Origin: Octopus sinensis
Lineage: Eukaryota
Reading direction: 5' to 3'
Length of the DNA stretch: 64,000 bases
Assembly: GCF_006345805.1 (NCBI RefSeq)
Contig: NC_043000.1
Location: forward strand, 50,654,001-50,718,000
Shown: positions 1-13,300 of the stretch, piece by piece
How positions within the stretch are numbered: position 1 is the first letter of the stretch
How the letters are laid out: every line of letters starts with the position of its first letter
Translations under genes and position numbers: made by a program
The notes under the pieces: model-generated
Database searches by the model: none
Told to the model about the DNA's origin: nothing
Seen by the model: only the letters and a program-made list of their open reading frames with translations

Positions 1-80
1 CTTTTATCTGTGCAAGCTATATAGTTCAGTTTTCTACTCTGTATACACTCTGTCTGTTACTTACACTCACACAGACACAT

Positions 81-325
<245 letters not shown>

Positions 326-1334
326 TTATAGACAGACTGATAGAGACAAGTTGATATATCTATAGATAAATATACACACATTAATATAAACTTCCCTAGC
401 TACAAAGACAAAAAAAATATTCTTTAATGATAAGGTATAAAATATTTTGTAGTATGTGAGAAAAAATAATAATTTTATCTCATCTATTCATTTATCTATT
501 TTTTTTTAATTGGCAAAGGAAAAGTATTGTTAGTTCTGCAAGTATTTGTCCTTAAATTTCATTCATTATATATCTCCATTGACAAGCTTAACTAGTACTT
601 CATTACATCTTTCTTGACATTTTTAGCAATTATATTAGTTTCAGTTTTGGAAAAGAAAATAAGGTTTTATTTCAGTTTTTATTGTTCAATTGTTGTAGTA
701 GTGAAAAATATGACAATAAAATCCCTACATTTTAATAACTTGGAAAATATACAAATCAAACAAAAACAATTAATAGCATTCGCAATTTATAATAATGGAT
801 AGTTGTATAATTTGAAATAGAGATGAATAGAATATTTGATACTTTAAATCAATGCATGGATCAATGGATATATTTTTTAAAATCAGAAATAATGATACTG
901 ACATATGTAAGAATTTGAGAAAAGAACATTATAATCAAGAGCCATTACATGAAAATGATAGTTTTTATTTCCTCTTCATCTTAAAGATTGAATAATTTGC
1001 GAGTTTTCTGAATGAAATATAATTCCTGTAAAATTGGAGTATAAATGTTAGCAAAATATTAGAAATGAAATGGTTGTTCTCAAGTAATCTATTGAGGGTT
1101 CGAAGTACTCGTCACTAACTATGCCACTTGAATTCAGTGATAATTGAGTTTTCATCCTCTATGCATTTTGCAAGTTTTAAAGACTTGTATTGTTTAACTA
1201 GCTGAAAAATTGCTTTTTATATAATATCATATTTTGAAGTTTTGTCAGAATCAGTGTGCATTCATTTTGCCTTGACATGTTCTAAGTCAATTTGATCAGC
1301 AAATAAAATGTAATATATTTTAATATTTACATGT

Positions 1335-1575
1335 TTGCTGTTGTTTGTTCCTTCTCGAGCCACGCCTGGCTCATAGGGCCGGTTTCCTGGTTTCCTTGGT
1401 GTATAGGTTCCCCACCTGGACGGGACACCGGTCCGTTGCAGGTGAGCTGCAAGATGCAGGAGGAAAGAGTGAGAGAAAGTTGTGGTGAAAGATTCAGCAG
1501 AAGTTTCTCCATTACCTTCTGCCAGAGCTGCGTGGAGCTTAGCTGTGTCGCTCATAAACACACATCACCCGGTCA
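1335..1575 (-). mobile_element. 5'-truncated SINE: central domain shared with the 30260/45803 family, 3' tail shared with the 48738 family
   Basis: Minus strand reads GACCGGGTGATGTGTGTTTATGAGCG...CTTTCACCACAACTTTCTCTCACTCTT (as at 45866-45980), then GTCCCGTCCAGGTGGGGAACCTATACACC...GGCCCTATGAGCC (as in the 48738-48979 tail). Confidence 0.75.
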
Positions 1576-2168
1576 CATTTACACAGATATGTAAATAAGC
1601 AGCTCCTGTATTGAGTTCTACATTGGATAATGTTTGCACCATGTATAATATATACCTTCTGGCTATATAGATATCATCATCGTCATCGTTTAACGTCTGT
1701 TTTCCGTGCTAGCACGGGTTGGACGGTTCAGCCAGGGTCTGGGAAGCCAGGAGGCTGCACCAGGCTCCAGTCTGATCTGGCAGTGTTTCTACAGCTGGAT
1801 GTCCTTCCTAAAGCCAACCACTCCGTGAGTGTAGTGGGTGCTTTTTACATGTCACCGGATATATATATAGATAATAATAATAATAATAGTCCAAGGAATC
1901 TCACATATTTATAAATTGCATCCTCAGATTATTATTATTATTATTACTATATTTATCCCACTTTGTATCAGCACAGCTTAGTATGATCTCATAAAATTAC
2001 TGTTGCAAGTTGGAATTACTAGACCGAAGGTGACATAATAAGGAGCTGCTTATTTACATATCTGTGTAAATGTGACCGGGTGATGTGTGTTTATGAGCGA
2101 CACAGCTAAGCTCCACGCAGCTCTGGCAGAAGGTAATGGAGAAACTTCTGCTGAATCTTTCACCACAA
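1480..2168. repeat. Perfect 128-bp inverted repeat (1480-1607 / 2041-2168), 433-bp spacer
   Basis: Base-by-base comparison: arms are exact reverse complements. Confidence 0.97.
1674..1857 (-). mobile_element. RTE-clade LINE 3' tail fragment with (GAT)n end
   Basis: Matches the 3' end of the RTE element at 37320-37484 (GGCATCCAGCTGTAGAAAC...CAGACTGGAGCCTGGTGCAGCC...GTTAAACGATGA). Confidence 0.85.
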
Positions 2169-2218
2169 GTGTTTTCTGTAAACAAGCTTGAAGGGAAATA
2201 CACACACACGCGTCATTT

Positions 2219-2268
2219 GTCAAATGTAAATAATGTACATAATTCCTCATCTCTTAAATATAGAACTG
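2219..2268 (+). mobile_element. 3'-terminal 50 bp of the hammerhead-bearing element
   Basis: AATGTAAATAATGTACATAATTCCTCATCTCTTAAATATAGAAC matches the terminus at ~46714-46757. Confidence 0.85.
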
Positions 2269-2515
2269 AATTACTTATTTAATGCTTTCATCACTTTTGA
2301 AAGACTCATCATGAATGACTTTTTTACATAAAACTTATACTTTTTATATATATGTGTGAAATATAGTAAAAAAATGTAGGATTGAATGAAAGAAAGGAAG
2401 AGAGAAAGGTGTCTTTTCTGGGATGGTTGAAATTACATTGTATTTTTGATTAGTTGTCATGCTACCAAAATGTGCAAAGCAATTTCAACCTCCCCAGAGG
2501 TCGACTCCATTCTCC

Positions 2516-2551
<36 letters not shown>

Positions 2552-2570
2552 TTTCTTTCTTTCTTTCATT
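2516..2570. repeat. (TTTC)n microsatellite
   Basis: Direct reading. Confidence 0.9.
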
Positions 2571-3660
2571 CTGTTCTTCTTCCTTCCTCTCTTCAATTAA
2601 AATTCACCTCACATCCATACACACATACACACTAACACAAACACATATATGCCCACACAGATTTAAAATAACAAAGAACATTCTTTTCTCAATTTAACTC
2701 AAGCTTTTTCAACTAACTCACACACACACACACATGAAAGGCATGAATTTTCTGTAAGAAAAAGTCATTCATGATGATTCTCTCAAAAGAGATGAAAGCA
2801 CTAAGTAAATAATTATCCAAAATTGCCCTATTTCTTAATATAAAACCTATTTTTTAATATATAAAATCTGGACACATATGGTATTGCTAAATTCATGACA
2901 TTTGGGTTGTCCAGGGCTACTGGAGAAAGACCCTTGACCAAGGTGTTACTCAATGCAACTGAACATGAGATGATGGGATTGCATAGTGAACTTCATAACC
3001 ACTCAGCTATACACTTGCATACAGATATACATACATCATTACACACACACATACACACACACATGGAGTGGGTGAGGAGAGAGGGTTAAAAATGTATATG
3101 TTAAACATGTCTGTACTTCTGCAATAATGTGTATCCTGTATTGAAGAATAACTCTGCCTCCACAATAGTTTTGACTCAATCATGCACTACCACTGATGTA
3201 AAAAAATTATGGCAAAAATTTGTTACATTTCAAATTAATAAATTTTTGCTTCTCAAAATAGGAATAAATATTATTGTAAATCAGACATATTCTGTTATAT
3301 AATAGGCAATTTATTACAAAATCATATCAACTTCCCTAAGTATTTGAAAATCATGATCGTTTCATAAATATTTGAAAGTTTTATTTGCAACTTTCATTGA
3401 TAAAATGATAGTTTTATACTATATACATGTATGTGTGTGTGTGCATATAAATGTATATAAATATATATATGTATATTCATAGACTTATATTTGTATGTAT
3501 ATATATATATATAAATATATATATGTAATTACACACATGCTCATCTATATGTTGATGTGTATATGCATACATATAGGTTTGTGTGTGTATGTGTATACAT
3601 GTGCATAAGAAAATATATATATATTTTTATATATGCTTTGTATATATACATATATACTCA

Positions 3661-3701
<41 letters not shown>

Positions 3702-4030
3702 TACATATGTATACACACGCACAGACTGAGAGTGGGCGAGAGCAAATGAATTCTGTAAGCTGTATTGAAGTCTACCTACTCTGGGTAGGAGCAGTAATTC
3801 CAAACAAAGAGATATATATTCTGTTGGTTTTTTTGCATAGCATGAAAACTAAATTTTGGTCACTTTCATCTCTTACTGTTTTCGAAATGATACAGTACCC
3901 CTTGTTAGTTTAGTAAAATCAATGTAAAATCATAATGGTGATGAGCATATTTTTTCTTGTATATCATAGTAATATGTTATTGATCATTCTTTAAGTAATT
4001 GATTTTACTAATATTTAAAATTAATAATTG

Positions 4031-4209
4031 TCTTGACTATAGGCACAATACCTAAGGCTTTGCAGGGTTGGGAGTTTAGTCAGTTACTTCTACTACAGTA
4101 CTCAACTAGTATCAACCTGGAAAAGGATGAAAGACAAAGTTGACTTCAGCAGCATTTGAACTCAGAACATAAAGCTTGAGAAAAATCAATTCTATCAGCT
4201 TGCCACCTT
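4031..4209 (-). mobile_element. SINE family D (Meta-domain-like), degenerate
   Basis: Reverse complement shares GTTCAAAT...GTCAACTTTGTCTTTCATCC...AGTAC with copies at 15584, 27253 and 47349. Confidence 0.7.
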
Positions 4210-4232
4210 ATCATACTTAAAATTAATCAATA

Positions 4233-4420
4233 CAGTTCTATATTTAAGAGATAAGGAATTATGTACATTATTTACATTTGATGGATATTTGTCCTCATCT
4301 TGTTTGTTGTTAACACAGCGGTTTGGCTGATACACCCTCCAGCCTTCATCAGGTGTCTTGGGGAAAATTTCGAACCTGGGTTCTCATTCCTAAAATATTT
4401 TTCAATGTTATTAATTATAA
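4233..4420 (-). mobile_element. Head-less copy of the hammerhead-bearing element
   Basis: About 185 bp aligning to 46570-46757; contains GACAC-CTGATGA-A-GGCTG-loop-CAGCC at 4357-4312. Confidence 0.9.
4312..4357 (-). ncRNA. Degenerate minimal type I hammerhead ribozyme motif
   Basis: CTGATGA core, 5-bp stem II and stem I GACAC/GTGTT are present; GAAAC is mutated to AAACC. Confidence 0.6.
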
Positions 4421-5085
4421 TGTGAAAAACTTTTTTATGTGTTTCTATGATATTATTACATTCTGGTTATCAAAGAATATATATTCTCAACACATTAACA
4501 CATATATGAGGGAATGAAATGCACAACTATTTTGTAATTTTATATCAATCCTGTCTTTGCAAGCTTTGAGGTTATCATACATTGCTCTACTTCACTATAC
4601 TATAAGTCCAATAATTTTGTGCTCATTATTATTCATGTTTTATTTATATCTTACTAAATTAGTATTTCTCTTGCTTAAAATAAATTCTAATTCAATTCAA
4701 ATTCATTCAGTGTAATATTAAAGTAATATAATATTCTAATTATAATAACAATAAATAACAGAATTATTATAAAAGTTGATTTAATTGCTATATATATATA
4801 TATGTGTGCATGTGTGCGTGTATGTATGTGTGTGTGTGTATATATATATACATACATATATACATATGTTGGAAAAGGTATTCTTTATTTTAAAGTTTGG
4901 TTGGTTGAGCTGAATATTTTGAATTTATTCTAGTACGAGACAATTATAATATTTAACTCTTTGTTGCTGTGTTACAAATCAATTTTGTAACTGTATCTAT
5001 CAATATTTAAGTTGAGTGTCCTTACGGAACATTCCTATGAGATGATTGACAAATAGTTTAATTATACAACAAACATAAATGGTGT

Positions 5086-5133
<48 letters not shown>

Positions 5134-8100
5134 AAGAATTACCAAGAATTTGAATAATATCTGTTACTACATTAAAATTAATTATAAAATAAATATGTAT
5201 TCTGTTTCTCTGAAATTAGAATCATGAGAGCTGGTTTGTTTTGTAATTTTTGTTTGTTTTTGAAATGGGAATTGAGCTAACCAGTTCCATAGTTATTTAA
5301 TAACTCATTAGGATTTCCTCACTTCTCTACAAAATCAGGATAAAGTAGTGGCAGTTTACATATTAATAAATATGAAAAGTTTGTACCAAGTCCTTCTCAT
5401 TTGCATAATAGTATATGGTTGAAAACCTGACAATAATTACTAGAGTGCCACTAACACTTGTATAGACATGCAGTTAGTGTTGTTCTGAAATTAGGGTCAC
5501 TAAAACTTTTTTAGGTAGCTTGGAATGAATCAGTTTTATTGTTATTTACCAATCCATTAGCTTGTCTTTTCCCTCTGAAATGCTGTGTTATGGTAACTGA
5601 AAGCTTAATTGTAAAATGTAACTACTGTTTCCAAGTTACTGTATGTAATTTTTTTCTTGTTCAAATAATTTTGAAATTACCAAATTATTTGATTTAAATT
5701 ATTCAGGTGATAATTCTTAGAAAGTGATTTTGCTTTCTAGTCTAACAATTAGTTAATTTATCATCCATGAGCTTGCAATATGAGTAAATTTTAACCAAAT
5801 TTTAATCTTAAAAATGTTTCATGTTTTAATTTTATTCTAATTATCAATTATTGATATGAAATGTTATTCTACTTTGGTTTTCCAATCAAATACATCTAAT
5901 CATCTGACTATTTCATAATTTGAATTCAAAGGCTGTAGATGATAATTTGGAGAAATAAACATAAATTTTTATTATACTACTCTGGAAAATAAGGAAAGAT
6001 CATAACATAAAAATGTTGGTTGCATATTTACTTAACAGTCTAATTATAAATTTGTGTAATTGCAGAATTTAGAGGCTGAGCTTAGATTTTTTCTTTTGTA
6101 AAAATATGTCTTGTTAATGTTATTATCATGTAAGTTCTACATGTGTCTCATCAGATCTGTGAGCATTATCATTTGTAACATCAATATTTTGGAAAGAAAA
6201 CAGCCTCCTTCAGATCAGGCATGAGGAACTTTTTTTGAGAAGTAAGTTTCATAAGATGTTGCACATCATCTGGCTAGTTGCACTACAAATAAAGTTCAAC
6301 GTTAATTTTTTGTTTGCATGCCATTCAGAATCATCCACTGGCTGTAGTTTGTCCATGGTTCCTTTAGACTATATCCAGTTATTGTGATCTAGCAAAGGAA
6401 TCAGTCTTACAAATCAAACTTTAAGGCAATGCTATTTTTGTTTATTATTAATTGTGTGAAATTAAGTTCCAGCACTAAAAATAATTTGAAAACAATGTAG
6501 CATACTTTAGATGTGCTCAGAATAATTAACATGCTATAGTTTTTATTGAAGAAAGCTCTATGCAAATATCATGCTTTTGGATAATGCAATTATATCATAT
6601 TCCTTTGTTGTTCCTAAATAAGGATCTTATGAACTTCTAGTTTGAAATATTCGCCACTTAAAAGAAGCTCTATAATATGCTGCTTTGTATTATACGTGAT
6701 TAGTGAGAAACGCCGGTCGTGATTACAGAGTATGTTATCACCATCATAAAATGTTAAGACTGTCTCTTATTTCAATTGTAATAACTCTAGGGAAAGAGAT
6801 ATGAACTGAATAAATGTTTATTTTTTTGAGAACCTTCACTTAATGTAGCCTCACTAGCAATAGTAGAAATATCAGAAGACACACATGCACATTGCCTGTT
6901 ATCTTACTCTGTTTGAATTATCCTATGAGATATGAAAAAGAACTGGGAGAATAACTCAATAGTTGGGGTTTTTTTTTTAGGTGAGAATGTTTGTCACAGA
7001 TCCTTAATAGTAATTTAGCAAGCCTACATAAAAAGTAAGGTTATGATAAGAAAGGCAGGGATGACACATTTGCCAATTAAATTTAGTTGAACATATTCTC
7101 TTTCTTCTGGTAGAATGATCTGCAGGCATATTATTTGAATAATCAATGTCTAATAATATGCCACCTACGTGTAGAAAATAGAACTGCATATGTTAACAAA
7201 ACATTTTAAAATTTAAGAGATGCTTTATGCAGCGTGCATGTGCATTTATGTATGTACCCCCCCTCTCTCTCTTTCTATATATATATATATATATGTATAT
7301 ATGCACGTGTGCATGTTGATTCATCTTATAATCAATCTTTGATAATATTCATGCAATATAAAGTTAGCCACATACAAGATATGTTTAGCAGGAATTTTTC
7401 AGCTGTAATTGTTCAATTTTTACTGCCTCCTTAATGATTTCAGAATTAATATTTTTGCATAAACTTTTAATAAATATATGTGTAACTCAAAGCTGCTTGT
7501 ACCATAGAAGCACTCATATCCAGATAGTATATTTAGTGCTTTCTCTAAAAAGGTCTGTGCAAATCCTTGCATTGAAATGAAGCCGTCATCGACATAAGAC
7601 TCTTACTATTACAGCAGTGAACATTAGAATTGAATGTTAGCTATTTACATTTAGATGGACTACTATTGCTCAAAGCAGTATAAAATTTGTGATAGCATAT
7701 AAAGTGTCTTTTACTATGATAATGAAAACTTTCCAACAGATCTAACTGGAACTCTACACTTTTACATCATTAATATTTAAAAATTTTCTGAAAATTTATC
7801 TATCTCTTTTTAGAGTATTAAAGTAGGGATTTCAATAAAAATAAAACAACATAGACCTAAAGCTCATTGATGTCAGAACCAAATAAAATACAATTTAGGT
7901 AACTTGGGGCTATAAAAAATAACTTCTGTACCTCATATTTGCCTCAGAAACAAGAATCAGATACTGCATTCATTCCCAATGAAAGTAATAAATAATATGT
8001 ATATTTTTGTATTTGTTTTTATTGAAAAGAAAAATGTAGCTAAAAAGCCTATTCATAATGAATGTATTGAAAATTTCCTATTGCATCCATAGTGTTCTAC

Positions 8101-9295
8101 ATTCTCTTTGTAACATAATTTTGGTGTACTGGAACCTTGTTCAGATATTTCCTCAAGTGAGACCTTATAGAAGAATCAATTTAGAAGTAGAACTTCTCAT
8201 TTTACCATGAATAATGCATAAACGGTAAATTTTACTTGTGCTACTTTTTTTTTATGTTTTAGTTGCTCTTTCATAGCTTACAAAGGTATTGATTATAGAA
8301 AAAAATTGTCATACTGATATTTTATGAACTATCTGATGGAACAAATGCTAATGAAAATAAAGAAAATAGTAAAGAATAAATCAAAAATTCAAGAAAAAGT
8401 TTAGCTTGAAGCAAATTGTACATGGATGTTATTAGTAAAATGTATTTCCCTGGATATTTTGAAGGAAATAACCAGTATGCATAGCAACCAAACAATACAT
8501 CATGAATAAATGTGAATAGTACTTGAATTTAGTGAAAGTTTGGTCGCTGTTCTAATCTAGTTAACTTATCATGTTTACATCATATGTGAAGTTTATTCAA
8601 ACAAATCAATATGGGTGATTTGTTTTTGTTTCGTTTTATGCAAATAATTTGTCATGCATTTAAAATGAGTAATGATTAAATAAAGAAATGTAGGGAAAAA
8701 TCATCCGTCACTCACACACAAAGAAAATTAATGCTTAAGTTAAGAAGATATATAAAATATAACTAAGCTTTCTTGCCAAATTTGATTTGTATCAGTTGTA
8801 GCTGAACTACTTTGTTCCATTTGAAGAATACCTGTGCAAACATATCTTTAATTGATAATACAATTCTATAAGGATATGAATTAAGTTGGCTAAATATTAG
8901 TAAAGTGATATCACAAAGGTTCAGAAACAAAAAGAAAAGAAAAGAAGATTTGCAGTTTAAAAACAACAATAATGATTTCAAATTTCTAGTTTGATAAATG
9001 ATTTTATATTCTGAAAAACAAGCAAATATAAAATATTAATTTGCATAATCAAAGTTATTTATGTAATTTTCATTACTTTCTTTGGTGTTGAAAGATAATT
9101 ACATTAAAAAACAATTAGAAATAAAGCTAGTTTGTAGATTTAAATGACAAAGATGTCATTTAGTTTATATAATACGTTACACTAATATATCAAACTTGGC
9201 ATTTTCTTCCATATGGATAAGTTTATGCACATATATATATATATATGTATGCATATATATAAATTGTATAGATTTACATACATACGCACTCACAA

Positions 9296-9361
<66 letters not shown>

Positions 9362-9411
9362 AGAGAGTGAGAGAGAGGAGAGATACATATATATATAAGA
9401 TATATACATAG

Positions 9412-10071
9412 TGACCGAGATCTTTGGAGATATGCTGTGCTTGAGAAGACCCGACAAGCCAAGTGAGGCATTGACCCATGGTCTATGCCAGTGGTGTATA
9501 ACCAGCCCACTTATGAGTACCCTTCATTCATTGGACAATAAACTTTGTTTGCAAAGACCTGTTGAGGCAAATGAAATCAAAATCGCTGATGTGACCGATG
9601 ACAGTACCGCCTGATTGGCACTCATGCCAGTGGAACATTAAAAGCACCATCTGAGCGTGAATGTTGCCAGGGCTGCTGACTGGCTCCCATACTGGTGGCA
9701 CATAAAAAGCACCATTCAAGCATGTTTGTTGCCAGTATCGCCTTACTGGCACATATGCCAGTGGCACTTGAAAAAGAACATTTGAGCATGGTCATTGCTA
9801 GTGCCACCAGACTGGCTCCTGTGCAGGTAGCATGTAAAAACACCCTTTGAGCATGGTCATTGCCAGTACTGCCTGACTGGTTCTCATGCCAGTGGCACGT
9901 AAAAAGCACCTACTCAGAGTGTTTGGCATTAGGAAGGGAATCCAGCTGAAGAAACTTTGCCGGATCAGATTGGAGCCTGGTGCAGCCTTTTGGCTCGCCA
10001 GTCCTCAGTCAAACAGTCAAACCCTTGCCTGCATGGAAAGCAGATGTTAAATGGCAATGATGATGATGATA
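9412..10071 (+). mobile_element. 5'-truncated RTE LINE: ORF end plus 3' UTR with ~65-bp internal tandem repeats and (GAT)n tail
   Basis: Starts with coding end DRDLWRYAVLEKTRQAK* (similar to 37140-37205); tail matches 37330-37484; motif TGCCAGTGGCAC.TAAAAAGCACC recurs 5 times. Confidence 0.85.
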
Positions 10072-10170
10072 CATTAAGTACAGGACTGAATACCAAAAAC
10101 TACCCAATAAGAACAGGAGTGAAAAATATGTAAACGCATAATGAGAGACAAGTTATATATATAAAACTCC

Positions 10171-10348
10171 AAAGAATAAAAAGTTTTGAATGGTACAACA
10201 ATGCACTATGATACAGACAATGGGCTATTTACCTGTTGTAATCTAGTTATCCATAGTCTGATATGATATTTCGGAATTATTATTCCTTCTTCAGCCCATT
10301 GTCTATATTATAGTGCATTGTTGTACCATTGAAAACTTTTTATTCTTT
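10171..10348. repeat. 56-bp inverted repeat (10171-10226 / 10293-10348) with hammerhead-like core in the loop
   Basis: Arms differ at 3 of 56 positions; minus strand 10294-10265 reads CTGAAGA-A-GGAAT-AATA-ATTCC-GAAA-T-ATC. Confidence 0.85.
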
Positions 10349-13300
10349 ACAAACAATACCCAATGCTTCAAGCGAACTACAATACTCTCCTATAAAGCTC
10401 CAAATTTAGGGAATGGAGTAGGTAAAATCCAGGCTACATATGTTTCCTAACCAGCAGAACCATGGAAGTAATAATTACTCAATGAGAGGTACTCCACTAG
10501 CTACTTATCAAGCTAAAGATACCTTAGTCAAATGAGGGTTACATTGTCATCAAGGGGTCCCATGTTAACTTGCAGGAGATTTGATTAAAAATGTGTGGCA
10601 AGTACAGAGCAAGAAAACAAAAACAAAAGCATATGTTTGAAGAAATAATAAAGAAATAATACATAGGAGTAGCAAATGGCTAAGGCTGTTCAGAAAAAGA
10701 ATAAGAATATGAACAAAGAAAAGAAGTGAGAGAAGAGTAGGGGAAAAAGTTTTAGTGACAGTGAAGCTGGCTAGGGGAAGGTCTTTGTGAATTTAGGCTA
10801 GGGGCAATTACTATGTCTGCTGTAAAATGAATAAATATATTGTAGCACCCTGTAAATGCATTAAAACAGAGCCAAAGAAAATAAAGGGAAGGAAAGTCAG
10901 AAGGAGAGAAAGAGAAAATATAGGAGTGGTAATAAGTTAGAATTTGTTTGAAGAGAGGGAGGTTCGACATAATGCTTCTGGTCAGTAAGGGAACATAATA
11001 GTTCTAGGTAAGTTGGTAGTTTATCACTTAACAGTAAAACAAAACAAGTACATATTAGTGCATGCAAGTGTATTTTTTCTGTGTGCCTATAGTATTGACT
11101 GAAAGGGATCTAGTTTTTTTCATTCGCAATTGCTATGAAGGTATGATGTTGTGAAGAAAAAAATTGGAGAAAAAAGTTATAGAGGTTTAAACATCGAAAA
11201 AAAAAAAAACTATATTTTTACCTAATAGTGAGACAAAAATTTTCTGCATTTAGTGGGACAGTGTCAACTTTAAGGTTGTACCCTGTGAAATTTACAGTTT
11301 AGTGTCTGACCTGTTCATTGTAGGTTTCTAAAGAAACAGAAATACCTGATAAAATCAACATGTATCATCTTACTGTTTCTTTTGCCTCTTCACTGACTGT
11401 ATGGTTTTATTGTTATTTTTAATTTGTTATATTAATATATTTGTCTGCATGTGTTTACTTTATGTGTATTTCTGTATTATGTATACCTGTCATGTATTTG
11501 TGTACATCATTAATGTATATGTGCATGTAGATGTATGTATTCATTTATCAGTTTATATGTACATTTATGCATTCGTGTGTGTGTGTGTGTGTGTGTGTTA
11601 AGGGGGCATCTGTCTCCAAAACTCCAAAGTTGAGTAATGTTTTTATGCTTGGATTTGTAAATTACAATAAGAATAACACTGGTCAACAAAGAAATTGTCC
11701 CAAGGAAAAGAATACCTATATCTTATACAGTTTTGCATTCAGAATTCAAAAATAATATCAAATTATCTGTATCACCCACAGTTTCTCTGTTCCACGATAT
11801 CCTTCTCATGAGTCCCAAAAATATATGAAATAACATATATGTAAAAATACTAACACTCAGAAGCACAGAAAAATATTAATATACTAACACAAAGAAAAAT
11901 TAAAACAAAACACATGGGTGAAAATAATCTCGTGGCATGAAGAATTAAGTGTGGAAAATTAACTGAGACAATAGTGAACCACAACACAGCGTGTGGTTGT
12001 CATGGTGACAAGCTGCTAATGCCATTCTGTCTGTTGATTGGCTAAAATTGCCCAAATTTCCCAACTTTAATTTACAAGATAAAGTAATTGGTTGATCGTA
12101 ATCAAAATTCATAGTTGCATCGATACACCAAAATTGAAAGCAATCTGAGCAAAATTAAGTGGGGCCCATTTTGTGAATGAGAAAGACTAAATTCACTGAA
12201 AGTTAACTATTGCAATCATTCTCAACAGATGCTACAGATTAGGAACTTAATTGCTGCAAAGTTTATTCATATACACAGCAACCCTAGTTGCTAACTGTGA
12301 ACTATAAAATAATTTTTTCAGCTTATTGAACTTTAATATGGGAACATTTTACAATCTTCTACTTCAATAAACCTCTATTTTTCCTGAAAGTTGTTTTTTG
12401 TACCTTCTACAGACCATTCAAAGCTTGCTAACTTCCTATGCCTGGATCCTTGGATCTTATCTTTACTTATATATATAGTCAAGTATCCCATGTCTAGTGC
12501 AATGAAGTGGGATTTTACACAGAATATTTTATCCAGAAAATTCAAACACCAATATCATTTGTTATATATCAGGCACCTAATGTGTATTATATTTTTTCAA
12601 TTCTGTAATCTTTCAGTTCATGAAATATACAAGGTTTTCCAAAAATGAATTTTTTAATTTCCTTTTCATTTTGAATTCCTATATTTAAGACCTATCGAAT
12701 AATGATTGTATGTTGGAAATGTTTGAAACAGAAATCAATGTGAAGAAAATCTTTAATTTATTTAAATTATATAGTTATTTGCAATAACCTTTTAGTTTCC
12801 TCTTTGTACCAGCTATTATATTACACTCAAAATTCAATAGTATGTTCAGTTATGTCTTGAAGTCAAATAAAAGATGATACAAACATAATAGTGCTAATAT
12901 CACCAAATAATTTGCAACAGAATAATGTGTTGTTTTCTAATAACAACCCAAATTTAAACAAACATGTTGCACTTGTGAGAATATTCTTTGTATTCCTTTC
13001 TTCAATAAATAATATTTATTTTATGGAAAGCATTATTAAAAGTCAAGTGTTAAATGTCTGTGATTATGTTTAATCAATTGATTGAATGAATATAATAATT
13101 ATCAAAAGTTGAATTAATTAATTTAAAGGTCAAGATTGAAATGTTTTGAAACTATTAACTTATTTTATTTTGTTTGTGAATTTTTCAATAATTACAGAAA
13201 CTAAAGATAGGAAATGGTAAACTTTGCAGCAATTAAGTTCCTAATCTGTACCACCTGTTGAGAAAGATTACTGTAGTCAACTTTCAGTCAATTTTCAGAC

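Noticed and set aside
11996-12052. RFX X-box-like GTTGTCATGGTGAC followed by ATTGG (CCAAT box)
   Set aside because: One mismatch to consensus, no associated gene start, and possibly within a repeat remnant.
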